DNA from: a virus
Taxonomy: Duplodnaviria > Caudoviricetes
Strand: one strand, 5' to 3'
Length of the DNA: 64,000 nt
Virus record (IMG/VR): IMGVR_UViG_3300037467_003067
Location: 128,001 to 192,000 of that record
Under the pieces are notes generated by a model. It did no database searches and was not told the DNA's origin. It saw only the letters and a list, made by a program, of their open reading frames with translations. This document shows, in pieces, positions 9,561 through 19,514 of this stretch (position 1 is its first letter; every line of letters begins with the position of its first letter). The position numbers were made by a program, and so were the translations under genes.

Positions 9561-10487
9561 ATGATGTTGAAACGAAATCCAAAATGTTCGTTGTTGCCAT
9601 ATGAAAGAACTGATATTCTTTCAATGCAAGACGCAGAACAGAAAGCCGGATGGATGATCACGGCATTCAATTTGCCCAACGCATGGGCATCGACTCAGGG
9701 AGAAGGCGTCAAGGTTGCGGTGCTTGATACGGGGGTCCAGCTAGACCATCCGGACTTGAGAAATAACCTGTTGCCTGGAGTTAACATCGTCAATTCGACT
9801 CTTCCGCCCATTGATGATGCTTCCCATGGCACGCATTGCGCCGGGATCATTGCTGCTGAAAACAATGATATCGGAATGGTCGGTGTTGCCCCTAAGGCGC
9901 AGATCATCCCGATCAAGGTCTTGGATGGGAATGGGAATGGCACGTTAGCGGATGTGGCTAAGGGAATTACGGCGGCTCTGTCGTTGGGCGCGGATATTAT
10001 CACGATGTCGCTGGGATCTCCAACGCCGATGCCACAACTCCACAAGGTCATTCAGGTCGCCAACAGGAAAGGTGTGCCGATTTTCGTGGCTGCTGGAAAT
10101 GCGGGAAGGACACAGGATGTATTCTATCCTTCGGCTTATCCCGAGACCATTTCCGTAGGTGCTATCGACAAGGATTTCCGTCGTGCTAACTTCAGTAACA
10201 CAGGACGTAACCTAGATTTCATGGCACCTGGGGTTGACATATTCTCAACCGTTCCGACCAATTGGTATGCCATGATGTCCGGAACTTCGATGGCAACTCC
10301 GTTCGTTGCCGGGATCGCGGCATTGCTTTTGTCGGCTGCGAGAAAATACAACAAGCCCCTGACCTCCGCTGATGACTATCGGGAAAAACTGCGTGAGCAT
10401 TGCGTCCCGATTCAGGGCGAAGGTGCAGGGGATGAGTTTTTCCAAGGTCTCGGAATCATTTCCGTTAAAGACCTATTTATCAACTAA
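9561..10487 (+). CDS. Subtilisin-like S8 serine protease, no signal peptide
   Basis: Triad VLDTG, HGTHCAG, GTSMA; GGAGGT RBS before 9561. Confidence 0.93.
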   Translation: MMLKRNPKCSLLPYERTDILSMQDAEQKAGWMITAFNLPNAWASTQGEGVKVAVLDTGVQLDHPDLRNNLLPGVNIVNSTLPPIDDASHGTHCAGIIAAENNDIGMVGVAPKAQIIPIKVLDGNGNGTLADVAKGITAALSLGADIITMSLGSPTPMPQLHKVIQVANRKGVPIFVAAGNAGRTQDVFYPSAYPETISVGAIDKDFRRANFSNTGRNLDFMAPGVDIFSTVPTNWYAMMSGTSMATPFVAGIAALLLSAARKYNKPLTSADDYREKLREHCVPIQGEGAGDEFFQGLGIISVKDLFIN

Positions 10488-10494
10488 AAATTCT

Positions 10495-11061
10495 TCAAGA
10501 ACGTGGCAAGGCATCTTCGATTTGTTTAATCATATCTCGGTACTTTGCCGCGTTCTCGTAATCTTCGGCTCTGATCGCCTCTTCCATTGCCCGGTTTAGC
10601 GAGATCAATCGTTCTTGTGAAGCACGTAGCGAAACGTTCTTCAGAGAGGGCGATTTGCCGTTGTGAACATTGCCAGCCTGGTATTTGTCCAAGAGCGGCT
10701 GAAGTTCGTCTCGGAAGGTGTTGTAGCATTGGTCACATCCGAGTCGACCTGCGTTGCGAATGGCTTGATAGGTCGAGCCGCAACCGGGACACGTCTTGTC
10801 GTTGCTGGCAATTGGTGACTGTTCGACGAAACCGAAGACTTTGTTGATAAAGTCCTCGCCCGAGAGAACAACCGGGACGTAGGACGATAAGGATTTGATC
10901 GCTGCGAGATTGTTGCGTCCCTGAATGAGAAGACAGGCACAGTCACGGCAACAAGAGGTCGTCTGTGCCTTGTTGCCTTGCTGTTCTGTAATGGTGTATG
11001 TAACCGGCTTGCCACATACATTTCCAGTCACGGGACAAATACTCGACTTAGACATCGGCAA
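10495..11061 (-). CDS. mcsA: McsA-like protein (CxxC motifs plus UVR domain)
   Basis: CPGCG...GRLGCDQCYNTF...HNGKSP...EAIRAEDYENAAKYRD. Confidence 0.8.
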   Translation of the reverse strand: MPMSKSSICPVTGNVCGKPVTYTITEQQGNKAQTTSCCRDCACLLIQGRNNLAAIKSLSSYVPVVLSGEDFINKVFGFVEQSPIASNDKTCPGCGSTYQAIRNAGRLGCDQCYNTFRDELQPLLDKYQAGNVHNGKSPSLKNVSLRASQERLISLNRAMEEAIRAEDYENAAKYRDMIKQIEDALPRS

Positions 11062-11224
11062 TCTCCGATAAAAGATAGGGCTGCCTGAGAAATTAGGCTT
11101 TCCCTGAAAATCTTTTTTGGTAACTGAAATTGAGTCATAAGGATAATTACGCTCAGCCCTAGATCAGTAGACAATATCCTAATTGATTTTAATTTTTCAA
11201 GCAAGGTCAATCCTCGATTTAGAG

Positions 11225-13618
11225 TTAGTTGATGATGACTGTGTAGAATTCTTTTGCCGGGTCGGCGACTACGCCGTGGAGGTTGGTAAACTGAAAAACG
11301 ATGACGGCTCCGATGGTCGCATCATTATTAATCGTAACTCCCGTATTCCAGAACGAAGTTCCGCAATTAAATGTGAAGTGCTGTGGTTCTGTACTAGTTG
11401 TGTAGTCGCCGACAGGAGGATCGCCTTCCACGGCGGTTTGTCCTGGACCCCCCGTGATAACATCCACCGAACCGCTACAGATGGCACTGCTGTATTCGCC
11501 GTCGCGGACGATATTGAAAAAGATCGGGAAAGTGGTTCCGGGAGGAGCATAGACGCCTTTGGATTGATCCGAAGGGTCGATCTGTGTCAAAGCAGGATAT
11601 CCGGACCAGCCAACTTGGTGCCATTCGGGATGGTCAGCAGGCGGGAATGGGATGTCCTCACATGGCATACAAGCATTGGTGTACTCAGCACAACCGCTTA
11701 TCTCTATGCCCTCTACTGGATTTGGTTCGACACAATCCAATGGCGTAAGATTAATGGTCGACGGAACCGTTTCGGGATCGCAACTGGTACTTATCAGTGT
11801 GAAAGTTGTAGGATCGTTGCAGCAATTGAAGCTGTTATCATCGACCTCCCACACCGCATTAGTATCTCCTCGGTGCATGGTGACTCGCCACAGGTTTCCT
11901 ACCGAAATGTATTCCAAAGTAACGTAATTCGGCTCAGATTCAGATTGTAGGCTTGACCAAAGTGTTTCAGCGTATCGTTGTAGGTTGAAAGTGCAGTCAT
12001 TGCAGGTAACTGTACCATCGCAATTCGCAACAGTAAAGGTCGTTGTCCAATTGTAACCGGCACAGTAACAATGTCCTGTAATTGGACCATAGGCAACGCC
12101 TGTCACAGGTGAACCGGAAAATGTATCTGGGGTTAAGGTAATCGAAAAGCCGGTATCGATTTTGCAATTATCTTGGACAATAACAATATTCGTTTCGCCT
12201 GGATTGAGTTCGTCGTCCGGAGTTGTCGGGTTGACAACTTTATTAAAAGTTGTTACTCCTGTGGATTCGTCGTAGACGCCACAAAGGAATCGTCCCGATG
12301 GCCAGACTGCCGTCAACGATGTACATCCACCGGCACAACCGCTCAAGGTCCAATCGCCAGACAATCGGTCACGCTCCAGGGTCCACGATGATATCTGAGT
12401 TTTGCCGCTAAAAAAATCATCCGTAGTACCATGCCACTTACAGTCTTCTTGACTAAATGTCATGGTGGAAGAAGAGTCCAAAAATGAACATTGGCAAGTA
12501 GGATCTTGTACAGTCTGATTAGAAATTCCATTTACGCTGAGATTATAGTATTGCCAAGGAACATTATCTTCCACGCAGCAGAAGCTTGGGCATCTTACGG
12601 GAAGCTCGCCTGCGCCGCCCATGACGATTCCACCGGTCATAGTATAGAAATGATTAGTGACGGTCACTAACGCCGTGCCGCTCACGCTGATCCCACCGGT
12701 CGTGGTATAAAGATAGTTTTGAATGATTCGCTCGGCAGGGCTACTTCCCGAGACGAGGACGCCCCCTGCCATCGCATAAAAGAGAGCATTGCTTGGGGGC
12801 GGGACCGGAGGGATCGGATTGTGAGGATGTCCAGGCAATGAGGGGTATCCCTGAAGCTTGATTGAAAAGCCGTCTAATCGCACGGAATTAGCGCCTACGG
12901 GAACGGTTCGCCTGACCCATACGGGGAATCCATCCGAGGGACGTAAATCCCCAACCAAGAAGGGTTCACTTTCCGTGGGATAAGAGTATACTAGACCTGT
13001 AGGTGGAGTCGTAGGGCTGCTAATGTGGACCGTGGTAGCGTTGACGGGTGACCCGTTTTTGATCTTCTCGACAGTGATAGCTACGCCCATCGTATTCGCA
13101 GCAACAATCAGGGGGGGATAGTATTTAGCATCTGAAAACGTCAGCGAGAATGAGGACTCGGTTGCCGTAGAGGAGGCGATGGTTTCACCGAAGAAATTGT
13201 TGATTCCGACCACGATTTGGGCAGCAACGTCACTGACTGTTCCTCGCCACTCGGCGGCAAAGGTCTGATTTTCGTAACTAAAAGCCACGACCCCCCCCGT
13301 GGGTACAGATGAGAAGCTGATTAGTTGCTGGTCGTTCTGGACAAAGAAGCCCAAATCAACATTTGCGCCACCGTCTGTTTCGCTCACGATGTACAATCGG
13401 GCATCATAAAACACATGATCCAGGCTATCATTGAAGATGTAGAAACACCGCCAATCCGTCCAGCCTGTATCCAGGACAGAATCGTCCAATTTATTGAACA
13501 GGTTATGCAATGTGCCTACGATGGGGTGAACAGATGGATCTCCTCCAAGAGATAGGTCGTGATCCCTGTTGTCGGCTCCTCCCGAGAGTACAGAGGTAAT
13601 ATCAGTAATAGAAAACAA
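11225..13618 (-). CDS. Cys-rich tail or baseplate-associated fibre protein
   Basis: N-terminal SGGAxNxD..SLGG virion-type segment, three GG(V/I)x(V/M)xG repeats, Thr/Cys-rich C-terminal half. Confidence 0.55.
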   Translation of the reverse strand: MFSITDITSVLSGGADNRDHDLSLGGDPSVHPIVGTLHNLFNKLDDSVLDTGWTDWRCFYIFNDSLDHVFYDARLYIVSETDGGANVDLGFFVQNDQQLISFSSVPTGGVVAFSYENQTFAAEWRGTVSDVAAQIVVGINNFFGETIASSTATESSFSLTFSDAKYYPPLIVAANTMGVAITVEKIKNGSPVNATTVHISSPTTPPTGLVYSYPTESEPFLVGDLRPSDGFPVWVRRTVPVGANSVRLDGFSIKLQGYPSLPGHPHNPIPPVPPPSNALFYAMAGGVLVSGSSPAERIIQNYLYTTTGGISVSGTALVTVTNHFYTMTGGIVMGGAGELPVRCPSFCCVEDNVPWQYYNLSVNGISNQTVQDPTCQCSFLDSSSTMTFSQEDCKWHGTTDDFFSGKTQISSWTLERDRLSGDWTLSGCAGGCTSLTAVWPSGRFLCGVYDESTGVTTFNKVVNPTTPDDELNPGETNIVIVQDNCKIDTGFSITLTPDTFSGSPVTGVAYGPITGHCYCAGYNWTTTFTVANCDGTVTCNDCTFNLQRYAETLWSSLQSESEPNYVTLEYISVGNLWRVTMHRGDTNAVWEVDDNSFNCCNDPTTFTLISTSCDPETVPSTINLTPLDCVEPNPVEGIEISGCAEYTNACMPCEDIPFPPADHPEWHQVGWSGYPALTQIDPSDQSKGVYAPPGTTFPIFFNIVRDGEYSSAICSGSVDVITGGPGQTAVEGDPPVGDYTTSTEPQHFTFNCGTSFWNTGVTINNDATIGAVIVFQFTNLHGVVADPAKEFYTVIIN

Positions 13619-13629
13619 CTTAGCTATCC

Positions 13630-13947
13630 TTAATCATTCAGACGGTCATTCTTGGCATTTTTGGCTAGTATATATCTGACGTTTCTGGTAGTATAGCCTG
13701 TCAGTTGAGCAATGTGCGGTATCGAGTAGCCTGTTTCGGCATATCGCACAACGAGATGTTGATTGGTTTTGAGGCGGCACGGTTCAATATTGTTTCGACG
13801 AAGAATCCGGTAGAACTCGGGTAACGAGCAACCTGCTGCCTGTGCTATCTCAGCAACCTTCATTTGCGGGTTGCTGAGATAGAGATGGATGAGGTCGCCG
13901 TCATTAGAGTAGTGGGTTGTCGAGAAATACTGTTGAAATCCGTCCAT
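13630..13947 (-). CDS. Tandem helix-turn-helix protein
   Basis: KVAEIAQAAGCS..FYRIL and SIPHIAQLTGYT..NVRYIL; start trimmed to avoid the + strand gene. Confidence 0.65.
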   Translation of the reverse strand: MDGFQQYFSTTHYSNDGDLIHLYLSNPQMKVAEIAQAAGCSLPEFYRILRRNNIEPCRLKTNQHLVVRYAETGYSIPHIAQLTGYTTRNVRYILAKNAKNDRLND

Positions 13948-13986
13948 AACAGTATTTAGGACCGCAGCAGCATTTTTCAGGGAGGA

Positions 13987-14769
13987 ATGATGCGGGAACT
14001 TCATCGAAAGATCGAGTGGATGAATCACGGTGGTCATATCGCTCAAGTCTACTCCACGGGCTTGGAATATGCCTTCTGTACCCTGGATTACAAGCAGCAC
14101 CTCCCTTGGGTTTACTGCAAGGACTTCCTCCACGATGCCGTGTATTCGTTCCTTCACGGCACCAATCTCAGTATCTACGGTTATCAGTACGATCCGAAGA
14201 GCCAGCCCGCGCCCAATCTGAAGCGGATGCGGCTGCTGGTCGCTAACAAGAGCGACAACGATTTCGGTAGTAAAATCGAGAACGTCGTCGATTTCGTCAA
14301 TCAGGTCGAAAAGGACCTGAAGATTCCCTCATTCACTCGGGCATTTAAATGCGTCGATCCACCCGAGGTGTATAAGACTTGCGGTGTGTACATGTTCAGC
14401 GGCAGTCATCATTGGCTTCTCTCGCCGCCAATGATTAGTCTCTTCACCCTGTCAGTGCGGGCTGGTTTTGTTCACACCAAGGGCAATCCCTACAAGCAGA
14501 CCATCGATTCCATCATCGCTGGTCAGATCCCATCCTACCAAACCGCAGATGTCTTGCAACTCAAAACGGCGAAGGTCGGGCTTGAACGCCTGGTCCGGGA
14601 CGGCTATCAGACCGTCTTTGGAAATGACATGAAAGCGAACTATCCGCCAGGCATTGCGATTGGTACAATGCATAACAACTTCGGCATCGTGAGTTTCTCA
14701 AAAGAACTCACAAAAACCCATGTTCCGGCATGGCATGCTGTTTCCTCTGCTGAACCCGTCCAGGCGTAA
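13987..14769 (+). CDS. Hypothetical protein upstream of the COOH-NH2 ligase
   Basis: GGAGG upstream, GC3-rich codons, WVYCKDFLHD segment. Confidence 0.7.
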   Translation: MMRELHRKIEWMNHGGHIAQVYSTGLEYAFCTLDYKQHLPWVYCKDFLHDAVYSFLHGTNLSIYGYQYDPKSQPAPNLKRMRLLVANKSDNDFGSKIENVVDFVNQVEKDLKIPSFTRAFKCVDPPEVYKTCGVYMFSGSHHWLLSPPMISLFTLSVRAGFVHTKGNPYKQTIDSIIAGQIPSYQTADVLQLKTAKVGLERLVRDGYQTVFGNDMKANYPPGIAIGTMHNNFGIVSFSKELTKTHVPAWHAVSSAEPVQA

Positions 14770-14829
14770 AGAGGTAAGGGGTTTTCAGGTCGAAAACCCC
14801 TTTGCCCGTCTCAAGGAAGAGAGGCGTGA

Positions 14830-15780
14830 ATGCATCCGTTTAGCTTTGGCAGTGATCCCGAATTGATGTTAATGACCGAGCAGGGCGAGCTTCGGTCTGC
14901 AATCAAGATCGTCCACGGCAATGTTCATAACCGGATCGAGGCTGAGGGTCACGCCTTCTACCACGATAACGTCAACGTAGAGATGGCGATTCGTCCTGGA
15001 GTTGGTAAGACCGAAGTGGTCGAGAACTTCCGGCAAGCGTTCAAGCTCTGTGCCGATATGGTCGCACCATTCCGGTTGGTCGCCCGTGCCTCTGCCGATT
15101 TCCCGGAATCTGAATTGGATGACCCGGAATCCAAGGTTATCGGGTGCAACGCCGAATTCTGCGCCTATGTTCTCCAAGAGTTGGAGAAACCGGTCGCTGA
15201 ATTCGAGACCTCTACGTTTCGCACGGCAGGTGGTCATATCCACTTGGGAGCGGACGAGGGCGCTTTGTACCATGACCCGATGTCCGTCAAGCTGGACTTC
15301 CTCTTCGTGGTCCGGTGCCTCGACCTCTTCGTTGGCATTCCGGCTCTGTGGATGGACCACGATCCCACCTCTGCTCGTCGCCGGGAGATCTATGGTCTCG
15401 CAGGGAGCCATCGCTATAAGCCCTATGGGGTGGAGTACCGCTCGATATCCAATTTTTGGCTCGCCAGCCCCAAACTGGTTCGGGTGGTTCATGACCTCTG
15501 TGAGTTCACGATCGATTTCGTGGAACAGGGCAAGCACCGGCAGTTCTGGGAACTAGATCAGAAAAAACTCAATTCGGGGGTTGAAGCGAGCAAGTGTATC
15601 CAAGTAGTCAACAACTACCCTCAGGATGCCATCCGTGAGGCAATCAATACGGGTGACAAGCAACAAGGTCGTCAATTGTTGACCTTGGCTGAGTCCTACA
15701 TGCCTCGTGGACTCGTCAAGGATGTCCATGCGTGCTTCGAGCCGGTCCAGTATGACTTTTATAAGGAATGGGTGTTGTGA
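14830..15780 (+). CDS. phiEco32-like COOH-NH2 ligase type 2 (amidoligase)
   Basis: GSDPE, DNVNVEM, GCNAEF, RTAGGHIH, RREIYG.AG, KPYGVEYRSISNFW. Confidence 0.88.
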   Translation: MHPFSFGSDPELMLMTEQGELRSAIKIVHGNVHNRIEAEGHAFYHDNVNVEMAIRPGVGKTEVVENFRQAFKLCADMVAPFRLVARASADFPESELDDPESKVIGCNAEFCAYVLQELEKPVAEFETSTFRTAGGHIHLGADEGALYHDPMSVKLDFLFVVRCLDLFVGIPALWMDHDPTSARRREIYGLAGSHRYKPYGVEYRSISNFWLASPKLVRVVHDLCEFTIDFVEQGKHRQFWELDQKKLNSGVEASKCIQVVNNYPQDAIREAINTGDKQQGRQLLTLAESYMPRGLVKDVHACFEPVQYDFYKEWVL

Positions 15781-16442
15781 GCAATTACAACAATCTTTAC
15801 TGGTACTCCGAACACAAAACGACGCCACTGAAAGGTGGCATCGTTTTGTTGCCGGGACGGCATAATTTCGGGTACAACCTGCTTCGCTCTTACTCCCGGA
15901 ATCTGAACTGTTCGGAGATTGGTCTTTTTTCGATCACTCCTCCCTTGAGCCAAGGATGGTATCCGCCGCCCAATGGTCCGAATGATCAAGTACAGGCAGT
16001 CATGGGACTAGACCGTTCGGCGAAGTTGATCGAGAAGATCATCCAAACGATTCAGGAGCAACATTCCCTGCCTCGGGAAAAGATAGTCGTCGCAGGGTTT
16101 TCAATGGGGGCGGTCGCTGGAGTCCATTGGGCGATCCACACCAATGATCCTGTGGCTGCCTTGGTCTGCCACTCTGGAGCGATCTTGGAACCTTGGAAGG
16201 TTCCTCAAGCTCGGCATTCCATGCCGATCATCCTCAACCACGGACAAGACGACTATTGCTTCGAATGGGAAGAGAGGTATCTCCCCATGAAGCGGGCGTT
16301 GTCAAAGAAGGGTTATGACCTCTGGCTCGTTGAGCGACCTGAGGGCAACCATACCATTCTCAACAGCGATGTCGCATGCCTGCAGGAATTCTTGGAAGAA
16401 AAATTCAAGATGTCGCTGGCATGGAGTGCGTGGGAAAATTGA
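15768..16442 (+). CDS. Alpha/beta hydrolase (phospholipase/carboxylesterase family)
   Basis: Triad GFSMG, HGQDD, GNH. Confidence 0.85.
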   Translation: MGVVSNYNNLYWYSEHKTTPLKGGIVLLPGRHNFGYNLLRSYSRNLNCSEIGLFSITPPLSQGWYPPPNGPNDQVQAVMGLDRSAKLIEKIIQTIQEQHSLPREKIVVAGFSMGAVAGVHWAIHTNDPVAALVCHSGAILEPWKVPQARHSMPIILNHGQDDYCFEWEERYLPMKRALSKKGYDLWLVERPEGNHTILNSDVACLQEFLEEKFKMSLAWSAWEN

Positions 16443-16518
16443 ACTCAAACTGGGCGCATGACTAATTGGGAAATGCGGATAATGACCATCCGCATTTCTT
16501 ACCTCATTCAGAAGGACC

Positions 16519-17418
16519 ATGGTAATGCGATGTTTTGTAACGGGCGGCACCGGGTTTATCGGCTTTAATCTGGTCAAGAAACTAAAAGAGAATGGTCACG
16601 AAGTAGCCATCTCTACAATCACTACATCTGAAAACCCGGCATTAGCTCCCGTTCTCGGCTCCACACTGAGACTCATCAAGGACGAAGCGTTCTCCTACAA
16701 CGACGTCGTCTTCCATTATGCCGCCAATAACACCACGCAAGACAAGAACGAAAGCGAGATGATGGAGGCGAATTTCCACGCTCCCGTAGATCTTTTCAGG
16801 AAGTTTGCCGATAAGGGATGTCGCCGTTTCATCTACGCTTCCTCTGCAGCGGTCTATGGCAATTCGCCCGCACCGTTCAACGAGTCCTCAACTCCGCTGA
16901 ATCCGCTCACGCCATATGCTAAATCTAAGATAGAATTTGACCAATGGGCGATGGACTTCGCTTCAGATCGGAAAATCAGCGTTGTCGGTCTGAGGCTCGC
17001 CAACGTCTATGGACCAGGCGAGTCCCACAAGAAAAGCCGCGCCAGCATGATCTACACGATGATGTTCCGTGTAGCTCGGGGGGAACGTCCCAATTTGTTC
17101 TGGGATGGCTCTCAGCAGCGAGATTGGGTCTATATCAAAGATGTAGTCCAGGCGAATCTCGCTGCCATGAAATACAAAAATGGCAGTCTTATCGCCAACA
17201 TTGGTTCAGGTCAAAGTTGGTCGTTCAATGATATCTTGAAGAGAGTCAACAAGAACGCCAATGAACGATATCCAGCGTATTTCATCCCCAATCCCTATTT
17301 TGAGACTTACCAAGACCATACCGAATGCGACATTTCGCTGGCGGTTAAGGAATTGGACTACAAACCGGAATACGATCTGGTCGATGGGATAGCAGATTAT
17401 CTCAAGTCATGGTCGTGA
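16519..17418 (+). CDS. NAD-dependent epimerase, ADP-L-glycero-D-manno-heptose 6-epimerase-like
   Basis: TGGTGFIG, YASSAAVYG, YAKSK, NVYGPGESHKKSRASMI (HldD-type HK motif). Confidence 0.8.
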   Translation: MVMRCFVTGGTGFIGFNLVKKLKENGHEVAISTITTSENPALAPVLGSTLRLIKDEAFSYNDVVFHYAANNTTQDKNESEMMEANFHAPVDLFRKFADKGCRRFIYASSAAVYGNSPAPFNESSTPLNPLTPYAKSKIEFDQWAMDFASDRKISVVGLRLANVYGPGESHKKSRASMIYTMMFRVARGERPNLFWDGSQQRDWVYIKDVVQANLAAMKYKNGSLIANIGSGQSWSFNDILKRVNKNANERYPAYFIPNPYFETYQDHTECDISLAVKELDYKPEYDLVDGIADYLKSWS

Positions 17419-17448
17419 AAAAGCTGGCAGTCTAACTACCAGCTTTTT
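17418..17448. terminator. Bidirectional terminator
   Basis: AAAAAGCTGGCAG-TCTAA-CTACCAGCTTTTT between convergent genes. Confidence 0.75.
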
Positions 17449-17476
17449 CAATTTTTAGAACAACCCGGAACTAGGC

Positions 17477-18541
17477 TTAGCGGATTTCTCCGATGCGTCC
17501 GGTAGGAGCATAACCGACTTCGCCTGGTTTCGGAGCGACGGTCTCTTCCTCGCGAGGAGGAGCGTACAACGCATCTTCAACGACGCTGTCATGAACGCCG
17601 TCGCTGTACTTGCCGCCACGGCGACCAATCTGACCTGCCAGGCTCTTGAAGAAGGCAGAGTTCAGGCGATTCGCCGTGGGCATTGGCGCGTTGTGAATCT
17701 CACAGGCGAGGCTGCCGCAAGTGCCGCAAATGCGGTTTTCGTTCTTGACGGTCTTGGCTGGAACCTTGCCGCCAGTCTTCTCGGGGGACTTACCAGGGTC
17801 CTTCTTGCCGCCCTTAACGGTCTTGAACATTTCCTTGCCGGTTTCCTTACCGCCCTTCTTGATTTCACCCTTATCAGAGGTCTTATCGAGCCAAGGGATC
17901 GCCTTCTTGCCGCCGCAGGAAACGCCATCAGTCATGTACTTTTTCATGAATTTGTCCATGATGTTACTGCCGCACATCTTGCAGAACTTGGCATTGCTAT
18001 CCGGTTCGTGATGACCACACTTGGCACAGACGCGGCTCTTGGCGGATCTAGGAGTGCCCATGTCATCGCCAAGTCCACTCATTCCGGCATTATCGAGACC
18101 ATTGTTGTCACCGAGGTCGTCATCGCTGTCGCCCCCGTCCAGATCATCATCGTCACCATCGAAATCATCGTCATCGGAATCATCACCTTCGAGGTCATCA
18201 TCCGAATCATCATCAAGGTCATCGTCATCGTCGTCATCAGAATCGCCACTGCCGAAAGGATTGCCCTTGTTGTCGTCGCCATCAAGGTCATTGTCATCGT
18301 CATCATCAGAATCGCTACCGCCGAAAGGATTGCCCTTGCTGGGCTTCTTGGGCGATTCTTCATCATCCATGTCATCGCCGAGCATATACTTTCTCAGTTT
18401 CAACTTGGTCTCTTCTAAAGACCAATTTGAAGCACCGGTCCCTCCGACGACACCACCTACTACGGTAGGCTGTGCGAGAACCGAGCCGAATGTGTTGACG
18501 AAGTTCTCGTCCAACATCTTCCATTGCTTGTATGTGATCAT
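17477..18541 (-). CDS. Asp-rich / zinc-ribbon / Lys-rich protein with capsid-targeting-like N-terminus
   Basis: Start MITYKQW after GGAG; poly-Asp block, CAKC..CKMC, Lys-rich block; TATATA at 18574. Confidence 0.7.
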   Translation of the reverse strand: MITYKQWKMLDENFVNTFGSVLAQPTVVGGVVGGTGASNWSLEETKLKLRKYMLGDDMDDEESPKKPSKGNPFGGSDSDDDDDNDLDGDDNKGNPFGSGDSDDDDDDDLDDDSDDDLEGDDSDDDDFDGDDDDLDGGDSDDDLGDNNGLDNAGMSGLGDDMGTPRSAKSRVCAKCGHHEPDSNAKFCKMCGSNIMDKFMKKYMTDGVSCGGKKAIPWLDKTSDKGEIKKGGKETGKEMFKTVKGGKKDPGKSPEKTGGKVPAKTVKNENRICGTCGSLACEIHNAPMPTANRLNSAFFKSLAGQIGRRGGKYSDGVHDSVVEDALYAPPREEETVAPKPGEVGYAPTGRIGEIR

Positions 18542-18676
18542 TCTGAATCTCCAAAAGTGTGAGTCGTCAGGGTTATATATTAACAGCAACCTAATTTAAA
18601 ATATTCAAATTAGACTTAAACTTGCCAATTATATATGCATTGAGATTTGATATTCGATCTCATAATTCCTATATAA

Positions 18677-19111
18677 TTGGTAATGCTTAATCAATTCAGA
18701 TTCAATACATCTCGTTTCGCTCCAGGATTTTTACACATCTCCACGGATACAATGGAGTGCGAGGCTTCGTGTACGGCCGAGTTGACCTTAGTAGCGGCTG
18801 CATCTTGCTCGATGGAGTGCGTTGCCCGAGTGGTCGCAATCCCGTCCTACAGTAATATCAATTGCCGAGGAACCTGGAGATGTAGTGACGAATCCTTGTC
18901 GCTATGCGCTTCAAAGGTTCTTGCCAAAAGTGATCCTGTGCCTTGGGCAAATTCGACTTGGGCTTACGTTCCAGCCATCACCGTCTGTAACAACCGACTT
19001 TATGCCCAAGAAATCGGCTCTCAGGGACAATATGTTTCTTCTCTCAGTTACTCTACAACAAAGCCAAAATCCAAGGTAGTAGGCATCAGGAAACCAATTC
19101 GCTTGAAATGA
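18677..19111 (+). CDS. Hypothetical, probably a virion protein
   Basis: TATATA at 18670-18675 immediately upstream; Cys/Ala-rich. Confidence 0.5.
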   Translation: MVMLNQFRFNTSRFAPGFLHISTDTMECEASCTAELTLVAAASCSMECVARVVAIPSYSNINCRGTWRCSDESLSLCASKVLAKSDPVPWANSTWAYVPAITVCNNRLYAQEIGSQGQYVSSLSYSTTKPKSKVVGIRKPIRLK

Positions 19112-19133
19112 TTTCCTGATGCTTGCGGGCTTA

Positions 19134-19514
19134 TTATGCACTTTCGGGCGGCAATACGGTTGCATTAGCTAATTTGGGATGATTTAAAGCTGCCTGATAC
19201 AAGATGGTGCCTATTGTGGTATAAGCAGCCATAAAATCTGTATTAGCCATCAACTCTGCGAGCGTCGGAAAGACGATCGGATCAACTGGCGGATCTGCAT
19301 TAGGATTACCGGGTACCAGAGTTTCTCCAGCGAAAATATTAATTTGGTCAATAGGAACTCCTACCCAAGCTGCTTCGGTGGGATTGACATTAAACGTTAC
19401 ACGTCCGGAACCATTTGAAACATCGATCCCAATTCCAGAAATCCATACATAGGCTGCATCGATTGGATTTGATGGATCGTATTTGTTTGGATAATTTGTT
19501 ACTTGCAGTGCGAT
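19134..19514 (-). CDS. Unannotated 126-aa gene, probable ATC start; possible tail-fibre assembly protein
   Basis: GGGAGGT-N5-ATC GCA CTG..., open for 126 codons to TAA; directly downstream of the tail fibre gene. Confidence 0.7.
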   Translation of the reverse strand: MALQVTNYPNKYDPSNPIDAAYVWISGIGIDVSNGSGRVTFNVNPTEAAWVGVPIDQINIFAGETLVPGNPNADPPVDPIVFPTLAELMANTDFMAAYTTIGTILYQAALNHPKLANATVLPPESA

